Shown here: one piece after another, positions 21,259 through 32,396 of the stretch
Layout of the letters: every line of letters starts with the position of its first letter
Numbering within the stretch: position 1 is the stretch's first letter
NCBI GenBank assembly: GCA_035638775.1
Contig: DASQZJ010000014.1
Location: forward strand, 13,119-77,118
DNA length: 64,000 nucleotides
Reading direction: 5' to 3'
DNA from: Gammaproteobacteria bacterium
Lineage (GTDB): Bacteria; Pseudomonadota; Gammaproteobacteria; UBA5335; SLRW01
Notes under the pieces: model-generated
Database searches by the model: none
Told to the model about the DNA's origin: nothing
Seen by the model: only the letters and a program-made list of their open reading frames with translations
Program-made: the position numbers and the translations under genes

Positions 21259-22107
21259 ATGTACACCCGCTGCCCGGAGTGCCACACGGATTTCGTCGTC
21301 GGTGCGACCCAGCTGCGGGCCGCGCGTGGCCTGGTTCGCTGCAGCCGCTGCGGTGCGACGTTCAACGCCCTGGACGACCTTCACGACGACATGCCGCCAC
21401 CACTGGCAGAACAGGACGGGGACACCGAACCGGCAACGCCCCCGCCCTACCGCTGGGCGGACGACGACGGCGCCGACTGGTGGACCATCCCGCCGGACCT
21501 GGAGCAGCGCCCGGACGCCGGACCGGCGTCACAGCCGGAGCCGGTGCGGCCGGAAGCCGAAGACCCGGGCGCCGACGAAACCGGGGATTCCCCGTTCGCC
21601 GAAGCTCCCCGGCCACGCCGCCCGCGGCGCTGGCTGTGGGGAACGCTCTGCGTACTGGCCCTGCTGGCGCTGGCGGCGCAGGCCGGGTTCTGGAACCGGG
21701 ATTCGTGGGCCGAGTCGCCGCAGTGGCGGCCGGTGCTCGCGGCGGTCTGCGGCCGCCTCCCGGTCCCCTGCGGCCTGCCGCCATTCGTCATGCTCGACCG
21801 GCTGCGTCTGGAAAACTACACGTTCTCCGCCGATCCCGACCGTCCCGGCGCCCTCTCGTTCTCCGGCGTGCTCGTGAACCGCGCTCCCCTGCCCCAGGCC
21901 TTCCCCCTGCTCCACATCAGCATGGAGAATCGCTGGGGAGATACGGTCGCCGTCGGCGCCTTCGGTCCCGCGGACTACCTGGGCGAGCCGGTCGACACGG
22001 AAGACGGCATTCGCCCGGGGCAGCACATTCCCATCCGTCTGGAGCTGAAGGATCCGGGATCACAGGCCAGCGGTTTCCAGTTCGAGTTCGCCTCTCCGGA
22101 CCGCTAG
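21259..22107 (+). CDS. zinc-ribbon (MJ0042-type) / DUF3426 domain protein
   Basis: 282 aa. N-terminal MYTRCPECHTDFVVGATQL...VRCSRCGATFNAL zinc ribbon, an acidic/Pro-rich linker, one TM segment (LWGTLCVLALLALAAQAGFW) and a C-terminal domain. It holds the same position after prmA as the DUF3426 gene in pseudomonads. Confidence 0.75.
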   Translation: MYTRCPECHTDFVVGATQLRAARGLVRCSRCGATFNALDDLHDDMPPPLAEQDGDTEPATPPPYRWADDDGADWWTIPPDLEQRPDAGPASQPEPVRPEAEDPGADETGDSPFAEAPRPRRPRRWLWGTLCVLALLALAAQAGFWNRDSWAESPQWRPVLAAVCGRLPVPCGLPPFVMLDRLRLENYTFSADPDRPGALSFSGVLVNRAPLPQAFPLLHISMENRWGDTVAVGAFGPADYLGEPVDTEDGIRPGQHIPIRLELKDPGSQASGFQFEFASPDR

Positions 22108-22587
22108 GCGCGTTATTCCGAAGAGCCCGGGTCGGAAGCGGTGGCGGATGCAAAATCCGCCTACAAGCCGCCGGCGTAATGAGCTAGGATTACCCGGAGA
22201 ATCGTCGCCACCGATGGACCGGCCCGCGAGCTGCCTCGCGGAGACCCCGGCCCGGCCAACGCGACCGCCGGCAACGTGGCACACAGGGGGGCGCCGGATC
22301 TGCTTCTCGATCCGCTCGCGTGCGGCGCCCATCCGGCCCGGCCGATGCCGGGCCGTCGCGGGTAAGCACTCCCGCGTATGTGCTGGCAGGAGACTTTCGG
22401 CGCGTGCCGTGTGCGTGGGCACCGCCGGCCGACTGCCCGTTTGCGTCAGCGGGCAGCCGGTGAGCACCATCGCCCGGATAAACACAGATAAGGACGGCTC
22501 CCGACCACGTTCCGGCCGGGCAGGCCCGGCACATGCGGTGTGGCCGGGACCAATGCCGTCCCGCCGCGTTGCAAGGGGGTCGAAGAC

Positions 22588-22872
22588 ATGCTCAATCCGG
22601 AGAAGGCCGTCGGTCTGCATATGGAGCCACCCAAGAACCCGCCCGAGCCGCTCAGGACATGTGTGCAGAAAGCGCTCGACAAGTACTTCGCCGACCTGAA
22701 CGGGCACGCTCCCGGTGATCTCTACCAGATGGTGATGCGCGAGGTGGAAGCACCCCTGCTCGAATCCGTGATGGCGTATACCCGCGGAAACCAGACGCGG
22801 GCAGCGGAAATCCTGGGCATCAACCGCAGCACCCTGCGTAAGCGCCTGAGGACCCACAACCTCGACAAGTAA
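22588..22872 (+). CDS. fis: DNA-binding protein Fis
   Basis: ORF 22540..22872, start moved to MLNPEK (SD GGGGGT 7 nt upstream). Contains DLYQMVMREVEAPLLESVMAYTRGNQTRAAEILGINRSTLRKRL, the Fis HTH. Confidence 0.85.
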   Translation: MLNPEKAVGLHMEPPKNPPEPLRTCVQKALDKYFADLNGHAPGDLYQMVMREVEAPLLESVMAYTRGNQTRAAEILGINRSTLRKRLRTHNLDK

Positions 22873-22988
22873 CGCCCGCGTGCGGATAATGCGCGCCATC
22901 CGGCCCGCACCGCGCCCGGTCCACCCGCCGCCGTGAGCGGGCGGATCGTGCAGCACGTCGCCCCCAACCCGCGGAGCAGGACTTCGCC

Positions 22989-24551
<1,563 letters not shown>

Positions 24552-24576
24552 GTCACCCCGAAGCGGAGAGATGTCC

Positions 24577-25869
24577 ATGTCGCAAGATGCCATGACGGTG
24601 CTGGTGGTCGGAGGCGGCGGCCGCGAGCATGCGCTCGCGTGGAAAGCCTCTCTCTCGCTGCGCGTGAGCCGGGTGCTGGTGGCGCCGGGCAACCCGGGAA
24701 CGGACAGGGAGCCGGGGATCGAAAACGCGGCGGTCGCGGCAGACGACCTCGACGGCCTGGTCGCGCTGGCGCGCCGGGAGGCCGTCGACCTGACCATCGT
24801 GGGCCCGGAGGCACCGCTGGTGGCCGGCCTTGCCGACCGCTTCGAGGAAGCCGGCCTGCGCTGCTTCGGTCCCCGTGCCGGGGCCGCCCGCCTGGAGGGC
24901 TCGAAGGCTTTCGCGAAGGCGTTCCTCACCCGTCACGGCATCCCCACGGCGGGCTATCGAACGTTCCGGGATCCGGACGAGGCCGAGCGCTACGTCCGGG
25001 ATCACCGTGGCCCGCTGGTGGTCAAGGCCGACGGCCTCGCCGCCGGCAAGGGCGTGGTGATCGCGCGCAGCCCGGACGAGGCCGCCGACGCGGCCCGGGC
25101 GATGCTCAGCGAGGGCCGTTTCGGCCCGGCGGGCTCGGAAGTCGTGATCGAGGATTTCCTGGAAGGGGAAGAGGCCAGTTTCATCGCCATGGTGGACGGC
25201 GAGCATGTACTGCCGCTCGCAACCTCGCAGGATCACAAGCGCCTGGGCGACGGCGACAGCGGGCCCAACACCGGGGGCATGGGCGCCTACTCGCCCGCAC
25301 CCGTGGTGACCCCGGCGGTCCATGAGCGGGTCATGCGCGAGGTGATCGAGCCGACGATCGCGGGCATGGCACGGGACGGCCATCGCTACACCGGATTCCT
25401 CTACGCCGGACTGATGGTCGCCCCGGACGGCACGCCACGCGTACTGGAATTCAACTGCCGCTTCGGCGATCCCGAGGCACAGCCGGTACTGATGCGACTG
25501 CAGTCCGACCTGGTCGCGCTGTGCGAGGCCGCCCTCGATGGCAGGCTGGATGCCGTGGAGGCAGCCTGGGACCCCCGCCCGGCGGTGGGCGTGGTGATGG
25601 CTTCCGGAGGCTATCCCGGACGTTACCGGAAGGGCCTGCCGATCGAGGGGCTGGAGGCGGATGCTGACCCGGAAGTGAAGGTCTTCCATGCCGGAACCGC
25701 GCGCCGGGAGCACGGGATCGTGACCGCCGGAGGCCGGGTGCTGTGCGTGTGTGCCCTGGGCGCGACGGTCGCCGACGCCCGCGACCGTGCCTACGAGCGT
25801 GTCGCCGGCATCGCCTGGGAGGGCGCGGTCTACCGGCACGATATCGCGGCCCGCGCGATCGATCGATAA
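24577..25869 (+). CDS. purD: phosphoribosylamine-glycine ligase
   Basis: The ORF opens at 24571. I chose ATG 24577 (GGAGAG 6 nt upstream); 24592 ([17 protein letters not shown]) is also possible. ATP-grasp PurD motifs run throughout. Confidence 0.92.
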   Translation: MSQDAMTVLVVGGGGREHALAWKASLSLRVSRVLVAPGNPGTDREPGIENAAVAADDLDGLVALARREAVDLTIVGPEAPLVAGLADRFEEAGLRCFGPRAGAARLEGSKAFAKAFLTRHGIPTAGYRTFRDPDEAERYVRDHRGPLVVKADGLAAGKGVVIARSPDEAADAARAMLSEGRFGPAGSEVVIEDFLEGEEASFIAMVDGEHVLPLATSQDHKRLGDGDSGPNTGGMGAYSPAPVVTPAVHERVMREVIEPTIAGMARDGHRYTGFLYAGLMVAPDGTPRVLEFNCRFGDPEAQPVLMRLQSDLVALCEAALDGRLDAVEAAWDPRPAVGVVMASGGYPGRYRKGLPIEGLEADADPEVKVFHAGTARREHGIVTAGGRVLCVCALGATVADARDRAYERVAGIAWEGAVYRHDIAARAIDR

Positions 25870-25930
25870 GGCGGGCAGGCTTGAGCGGAGCGGCGGTCGG
25901 GTACCGGGGTGTGGATAATAAGTAACGGAC

Positions 25931-26109
25931 AGTTTTAAGTTTTAGGTGTTGAGTTTTAAGAAAGAAGCGGCGGATCGAGGTGCTCAATCTGCGGCGACAG
26001 GCTGGCCGCGCGGATGCGAAATGACGCCCGTGGCTGGGACTGTAAGCAGCACCCAGCTGCCCGCGCCGACGCCTCTTCACTTAAGACTCAACACTTAAAA
26101 CTTAATACT
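25931..26109. repeat. AT-rich long inverted repeat enclosing a GC-rich ~107-nt core (element A), followed by a T8 tract
   Basis: The left arm AGTTTTAAGTTTTAGGTGTTGAGTTTTAAGAAAGAAG (25931-25967) pairs with the right arm CTTCACTTAAGACTCAACACTTAAAACTTAATACT (26075-26109). T8 at 26113-26120. It lies between the convergent purD and the TPR-barrel gene. Confidence 0.7.
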
Positions 26110-26118
26110 CTGTTTTTT

Positions 26119-27432
26119 TTAGAAAAACCGCTCCAGACTCACCTCCGCCCAGCCGCGGTGGTAGCTATCCGAGGCGAAATTCGAGTTGTCCTCCTCGTAG
26201 CCGAGCTGCAGCGCCGTGCGCCACTTGCCCGCGAAATCCCGGTGCAGGCCGAACTGGAGCATCGGTCGGCGATCGGTACGGTTCTTCGTGACCAGGCTGC
26301 CGGCCACGACCCGCGTGTCCGGGTCGCGGTAAACGCTGTACTGCCACGACAGTCTCGCACTGGCGACGATGCCGGCTGCCACGGGGTGGCTGTAGCGCAC
26401 CCCCAGGGTCTGGCGCACCGGTGAGAAGCTCAGGAAGACGGGGCCCTGGCGCAGGTCCCGGCGGCGGTTGAGCTCGAAGGTGTACCACAGCTGCCAGCCG
26501 GATGCGCCCGCCGGGGCACCGAAGCTTCCGCGGAGCTCCTGGCGCCAGCCGTCCAGGTAGCCGTAGCCGCTGCCGCCGAGAATACGGACGAAGCGATAGC
26601 GGAGCGCGAGGCGCAGGCCGTCGGTAACCGGGCGGGCTCCGCGCAACGTCAGGCCGGCCGTGCGCTCCAGCTCCCGGCCGCCGAAGTCGACCCGTCCGAC
26701 CCCGGCACGCGCACGTGTCTGCCAGTTGCCCAGTGGCCGGGTCCCCTCCACGCTCAGTGCGTAGCTGCCCAGGTCATAGCCCGACAATCCCGCGTAGCGC
26801 CGGGTATCCAGCGCCCCCAACACCCGCACGCCGCTCTGCCAGTCGCCGTGGACCAGGCCCTGCCCGGCCAGTAGAAGTCCCCCGTAGGCGGCGCCCTTGC
26901 GGCTGGCGGAGATCACCTGGTTGTCGCTGGCCAGGATCGCGTTGTCGTCGTAACCCGCGGAGAGCCGGGCCAGGCCGTACCAGCGGCGCGTCCCCGGCAG
27001 GCGGCCGAGCATCCGCTCGGCGAGCTGTCTCAGGGTCTTCGTCTCGGCCGTCTTTCTGGCCCGGTCGAACCAGTAGCGGGCGGCGCCGTGGCGGCCCTCC
27101 CGGTACGCCACCAGGCCGAGATTGTAGTAGCTCAGCGCGGCCATGCCGGGGGAGCCGGCGGACTTCAGGAAGGCATCCCGGGCCTGCGGATAGCGACCGA
27201 GGTGGTAATACGTCACCCCCAGGTTGTAGTACAGGGCGGCGGAGTGCATGCCGGCCTGCTCTGCACGCAGGAAATCGGAAAGGGCGGAGCGGTAGCGGTG
27301 CCCGTGGAACGCCGCGATGCCGTCCCGGAATGCCTGGTCGGCGGTCGTCCCCTGCGCCCGGGCCGGCAAGCCGTGCAGCAGGGACAGCAGGGCGATGGCA
27401 ACGGCCAGCGCCAGGGTTCTGGAAGCCGACAT
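26119..27432 (-). CDS. outer-membrane protein with N-terminal TPR repeats and C-terminal beta-barrel
   Basis: ORF 26119..27543, start moved to MSASRTLALAVAIALLSLLHGLPARAQG (signal peptide). TPR-like hairpins (LYYNLGVTYYHLGRYPQARDAF; SYYNLGLVAYREGRHGAARYWF). Then alternating beta-strand patterns from LSAGYDDNAIL to the terminal GWAEVSLERFF. Confidence 0.75.
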   Translation of the reverse strand: MSASRTLALAVAIALLSLLHGLPARAQGTTADQAFRDGIAAFHGHRYRSALSDFLRAEQAGMHSAALYYNLGVTYYHLGRYPQARDAFLKSAGSPGMAALSYYNLGLVAYREGRHGAARYWFDRARKTAETKTLRQLAERMLGRLPGTRRWYGLARLSAGYDDNAILASDNQVISASRKGAAYGGLLLAGQGLVHGDWQSGVRVLGALDTRRYAGLSGYDLGSYALSVEGTRPLGNWQTRARAGVGRVDFGGRELERTAGLTLRGARPVTDGLRLALRYRFVRILGGSGYGYLDGWRQELRGSFGAPAGASGWQLWYTFELNRRRDLRQGPVFLSFSPVRQTLGVRYSHPVAAGIVASARLSWQYSVYRDPDTRVVAGSLVTKNRTDRRPMLQFGLHRDFAGKWRTALQLGYEEDNSNFASDSYHRGWAEVSLERFF

Positions 27433-27641
27433 GAAATCCCCGTCTTCTTGCGCCGGCCCCCGCGTTCCGGCGACCGAAGGTGCGACTCGATCTCGCGACC
27501 CTGACGGGCCGATGCTCCCGACGATACGGCGGGCAGGCTCCACCGGGGAACCCGCCCGTCAAGGGATGTCTGCCGATTATACGGATAGCGGCGCGCCCGG
27601 GGGAAATCCAGGGACCCCGGACCCGGGGCGCGCCGTGAGGA

Positions 27642-28160
27642 TCAGTTGTCGGAGCCGCCGGAGGGCTGCAGCAGGTTGTTGAGCAGGTCCTGGGTCTGCT
27701 GCTCCACGTCCTGGGTGGTCTGCTTGAACTGCTGCGTGGTCTGGTTGAGATCCTGCTGCAACTGCTGCTGGGTCTGCCGGGTCTGCTGCTCGCTCTGCCG
27801 GGCCTGCTGCTGCGCCTGTTGCGCCTGGTCCTGCGCCTGTTGCGCCTGCTGCCGCGCCTGTTGTGCGTTCTCGCGCATCTGCTCCGCGTCCCGGGAGCCC
27901 TGCTGACCCGATGACATCTCGCCCGCCCGGCTCCCGTTGTCCGCGCCCTGCGCGGCCTGCTGCGCCGACCGGGCTGCCTGCCGTGCGTGCCCGGGAAGGT
28001 GGATCTGGTCGACGAACTTCTGCTCGCTGGCGTCGTTCGGGCTGACCACCGTCATGGTCACGCCCATGCCCCCGTTGCCGGCGGCGGACGCCGCGAGCGG
28101 TGCCATGGCAATGGCCGCAGCCACGAGCGCCAGCACCTTGACGAGGTTGTGACGTTTCAT
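27642..28160 (-). CDS. secreted Gln-rich low-complexity (predicted helical) protein
   Basis: 172 aa. Signal peptide MKRHNLVKVLALVAAAIAMAPLAASA. The C-terminal half is QQARQQAQQAQDQAQQAQQQARQSEQQTRQTQQQLQQDLNQTTQQFKQTTQDVEQQTQ. Same strand and 25 bp downstream of the anti-sigma gene. Confidence 0.7.
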   Translation of the reverse strand: MKRHNLVKVLALVAAAIAMAPLAASAAGNGGMGVTMTVVSPNDASEQKFVDQIHLPGHARQAARSAQQAAQGADNGSRAGEMSSGQQGSRDAEQMRENAQQARQQAQQAQDQAQQAQQQARQSEQQTRQTQQQLQQDLNQTTQQFKQTTQDVEQQTQDLLNNLLQPSGGSDN

Positions 28161-28185
28161 TGTCCTCTACCTCCCTGCCCGGTCG

Positions 28186-28845
28186 TCAGAGTTGCACGCC
28201 CTGAGTGCTCTCCGACGACGCGGACGGCTGGTTCTCCCCCGATACGCGCAGCCGTATGCGGATCTCCTTGACCTGGCCCTGGTGCTCGATACGGGCGACG
28301 AGCGTGCCCGTGCCGGCTCCGCTTGCCTTCAGCGGCAGCGACAGTCCGTTGCGTCCCTGCTGCAGGTGCCCCTTCCAGCGCAGGTCCCGCTGGCCCGGGT
28401 AACCGGCGAGCTCCACGTTGGCGGGCAGCCGAACCTCGAAGGTCACATCCTGCAGCGAGTGGCGCGAATCGAGCGCGAGCGTGACGGTCCGCTCACCCTG
28501 CTGCGGTACCAGCAGCACCCGGGAAGAGGGCTGCATGGACAGCCCCCAGCGCACGCCGACCAGGATGGCTGCGGCCAGGACACCGGCCGCCAGCGCCGAA
28601 ACCGCGGTCCAGCGCCGCCAGCGGCCCTGCCGACGCGCGCGCCGCAGCGCCTGCGCCGGAAAGTCCGGACGCATCGGGGGATCGGGCAGCGCGGCAAGCT
28701 GCCGGCGCAGGTCACGGACCTGCGCGGCGTAGGTACGGCAGTGCTCGCACCCCTCGAGATGCTCCCGCATGGCGGCGGATTCGGACGGCGCGAGCAACCC
28801 TTCCTGCCAGGCGTCCCAGTTCAGCTCGAAATCCGCACACTTCAT
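28186..28845 (-). CDS. anti-sigma factor (zf-HC2), single-pass membrane protein
   Basis: 219 aa. HLEGCEHC zinc-finger motif at the N-terminus, TM segment WTAVSALAAGVLAAAILVGV and a periplasmic domain of about 120 aa. The start overlaps the ECF sigma stop (ATGA). Confidence 0.8.
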   Translation of the reverse strand: MKCADFELNWDAWQEGLLAPSESAAMREHLEGCEHCRTYAAQVRDLRRQLAALPDPPMRPDFPAQALRRARRQGRWRRWTAVSALAAGVLAAAILVGVRWGLSMQPSSRVLLVPQQGERTVTLALDSRHSLQDVTFEVRLPANVELAGYPGQRDLRWKGHLQQGRNGLSLPLKASGAGTGTLVARIEHQGQVKEIRIRLRVSGENQPSASSESTQGVQL

Positions 28846-29474
28846 GGCCGTCTCCTCTCCCCTTTACACGATGTTTCCAGGGTGAGGGTTCCCTCCCGGT
28901 CAAGGAGCCCACGGAGCCGGGCCCGGGCCCGGTGCAGGCGGGACTTCAACGTGCCCACGGGCACCTCCAGCGTGGTCTCGATTTCCGCCAGCGTGAAGCC
29001 CTCCACGTCGTGCAGCAGCAGCACGGTACGGTGATCCTCGCTCAGGCGCGCCAGCGCCTGCTGCAGGGATGCGCTGTCGTCGCGCCGCTCGAGCGAAGCC
29101 TCCGGGTCGTCCGCCGGGTCCTCGCTGGCCGGCTCCGGGACGCTCCAGCCGCCGTCGGAGTCGGCATCCGGGTCCCGCGGCCCCCCGCCGATTTCGGCGT
29201 ACACTACCGGGCTGCGTCGCTGGCGCCGGCCCCGGTCGATGTGCAGCCGGTACAGCACCCGGGCCAGCCAGGGCCGAAGCTTGTCGATCCCGGCCAGCTC
29301 GTCCCGCCGGGGATACAGTCGCAGCAGCAGGTCCTGCACCAGGTCCTCGGCGTCATCCTGGTTGCCGGCAAGATGGAACGCGAAGCGGTACAACGCGGGG
29401 ATATGCGGACGCAGCAGCGCCTCGAACCCGTCGCCGTGGCGGTCGCTGCTCCACAGGCGGGTGATGCTCGCCAT
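28842..29474 (-). CDS. ECF-type RNA polymerase sigma factor
   Basis: 210 aa. Region 2 (ALYRFAFHLAGNQDDAEDLVQDLLLRLY ... WLARVLYRLHID) and region 4 (RTVLLLHDVEGFTLAEIETTLEVPVGTLKSRLHRAR), separated by an unusually long acidic linker. Confidence 0.88.
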   Translation of the reverse strand: MASITRLWSSDRHGDGFEALLRPHIPALYRFAFHLAGNQDDAEDLVQDLLLRLYPRRDELAGIDKLRPWLARVLYRLHIDRGRRQRRSPVVYAEIGGGPRDPDADSDGGWSVPEPASEDPADDPEASLERRDDSASLQQALARLSEDHRTVLLLHDVEGFTLAEIETTLEVPVGTLKSRLHRARARLRGLLDREGTLTLETSCKGERRRP

Positions 29475-29517
29475 GGACGCTACCCGCGGGCGAGCATTGC
29501 CGGGCGGTGCACCGGCA

Positions 29518-30183
29518 TCACCCGCGCTTGCGCGCCAGGGTCAGTCCGTCCCCCAGCGGCAGCATGCTCAGGTCGATGCGGTCGTCCTGGTGCAGCCGGC
29601 GGTTGAACACGGCCAGCGCCTGGCTGTCGGCGTCGTCGGGCGCCGGATCCACCACCCGCCCGGACCACAGCACGTTGTCGACCGCGACCAGCCCGCCCGG
29701 CCACAGCAGGGCGAGACAGTCCTCGAAATAGTCGCCGTACCCCTCCTTGTCCGCATCGATGAAGGCGAAATCGTAGCTGCCGTCCTCGCCGGCGCGGCGC
29801 AGCGCTTGCAGGGTCTGCCGGGCGGGCGCCAGGCGCAGATCGATGCGGTCGGCAACTGCCGCGCGTTCCCAGTAGGTGCGCGCCACCGCGGTCCACTCCT
29901 CGCTGGTGTCGCAGGCCACGACGCGCCCGTCGGCGGGCAGCGCAAGCGCCGTCACCAGCGCGCTGTAACCGGTGAATACTCCGATCTCGATGGTACGCCG
30001 GGCCTGCAGAAGCCGCAGCAGCAGCCCGAGGAACTGGCCCTGCTCCGGCGATATCTGCATCCCGGCGTAGCGCATGCGCGCGGTTTCCTCCCGCAGCTCG
30101 CACAGGATCGCCGGCTCACGCAGGGAGACGGAGAGAAGATACTCGTGCAGCTCGTCGTCGAGGGCGATGGTGCGTCTGTTCAT
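29518..30183 (-). CDS. class I SAM-dependent O-methyltransferase (family 3, caffeoyl-CoA OMT-like)
   Basis: ORF 29518..30270, start moved to MNRRTIALDDELHEYLL. Contains TIEIGVFTGYSAL and FAFIDADKEGY motifs. Confidence 0.85.
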   Translation of the reverse strand: MNRRTIALDDELHEYLLSVSLREPAILCELREETARMRYAGMQISPEQGQFLGLLLRLLQARRTIEIGVFTGYSALVTALALPADGRVVACDTSEEWTAVARTYWERAAVADRIDLRLAPARQTLQALRRAGEDGSYDFAFIDADKEGYGDYFEDCLALLWPGGLVAVDNVLWSGRVVDPAPDDADSQALAVFNRRLHQDDRIDLSMLPLGDGLTLARKRG

Positions 30184-30301
30184 GGCCGAAGCTCCTGTAT
30201 CCGGGCCCGTCGAGGGCCGGCCGTGCCGGCAGCATGTCCACACCCCCACGCCGGTCGCGCTCCATCGCATACCGGCGGCATCGCGCGGCGGAGGGTCGCC
30301 C

Positions 30302-31561
<1,260 letters not shown>

Positions 31562-31802
31562 GCTGGTGACTCGAAAACCAATGGCAGCCTATACGAGTAG
31601 TCGGAGACACAGCGCGGTCACGGGCCGACGGCCGGAATCCGAAGGAGGGTGGTATTGGGGTAAACGCTATTCGGTCTGGAATTTTCCGAAAGTTATCATG
31701 CCGCTCCGCAGGGGTCCACCCGCATGGACACCCTGCTTTCCGCGGGCCGCCTCGCGGCCTTGTCGCTACGAATTCCGCCGGGTGGTACCCCGGTGGAGGA
31801 CA

Positions 31803-32129
31803 TCAGATGTTGCTGTCGAGAAAGGCGGTCAACTGGGACTTCGACAATGCCCCGACCTTGGTCGCCTCCACGTTGCCGCCCTTGAACAGCATCAGGGTCG
31901 GGATCCCCCGGATGCCGTACTTCGGCGGCGTGTTCGGATTCTCGTCTATGTTGAGCTTGGCCACCTTGACCCGGCCGGAATACTCGTCGGCCACCTCTTC
32001 CAGGATCGGGGCAATCATCTTGCAGGGGCCGCACCACTCCGCCCAGTAGTCGACCAGCACCGGCTCATCCGAGTTCAGGACCTCGTGGTCCCAGGTGCCG
32101 TCGGTGACATGGCGTATGTTGTCGCTCAC
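31803..32129 (-). CDS. trxA: thioredoxin
   Basis: 108 aa. [18 protein letters not shown]. Confidence 0.95.
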   Translation of the reverse strand: MSDNIRHVTDGTWDHEVLNSDEPVLVDYWAEWCGPCKMIAPILEEVADEYSGRVKVAKLNIDENPNTPPKYGIRGIPTLMLFKGGNVEATKVGALSKSQLTAFLDSNI

Positions 32130-32396
32130 TCGCTAAACCTCCAGTTGCATCCGGTACGCTTGCAATCAGACGGGAATCTTGGACAGGTACTGGAGCCGGG
32201 ACGCCGGCAGCCCGAATGTGACGTCTCGCCCCGTTTAAGGCAGAATGATGGTGATTCCTGCCCGCATTTCAAGGGCCTTCGGTTCTATCCGCGTCCGGTG
32301 CGAGCGCATGCGTCAGGATTGACCGATATTGGATCCGAAAACCGGCTCTGTTTCAAGTCTACGCCGAGATTCCCAACATGCAAAGCACAGGCTCCG

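Noticed and set aside
22143-22161. tRNA-like anticodon arm or terminator hairpin GGCGGAT-GCAAA-ATCCGCC
   Set aside because: No surrounding acceptor, D or T arms exist, the loop length is wrong for an anticodon loop, and no T-tract follows. It is kept only as a note inside the dusB-gap finding.
22108-22587. dusB pseudogene
   Set aside because: I found no Dus-family motifs in any of the six frames by eye. blastx would be needed to exclude very degraded remnants.
25931-26109. Integron attC (59-be) interpretation of the AT-rich inverted repeats
   Set aside because: GTTGAGT and ACTCAAC do match GTTRRRY/RYYYAAC, but they occur in the wrong order for an attC site (core before inverse core on either strand). 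No integrase or cassette array is present.
27576-27606. Sigma70 promoter for the TPR-barrel gene
   Set aside because: A perfect TATAAT exists on the coding strand, but the best -35 candidates (TTTCCC / TCCCCC) are poor. It is mentioned in the module finding but not called as a feature.
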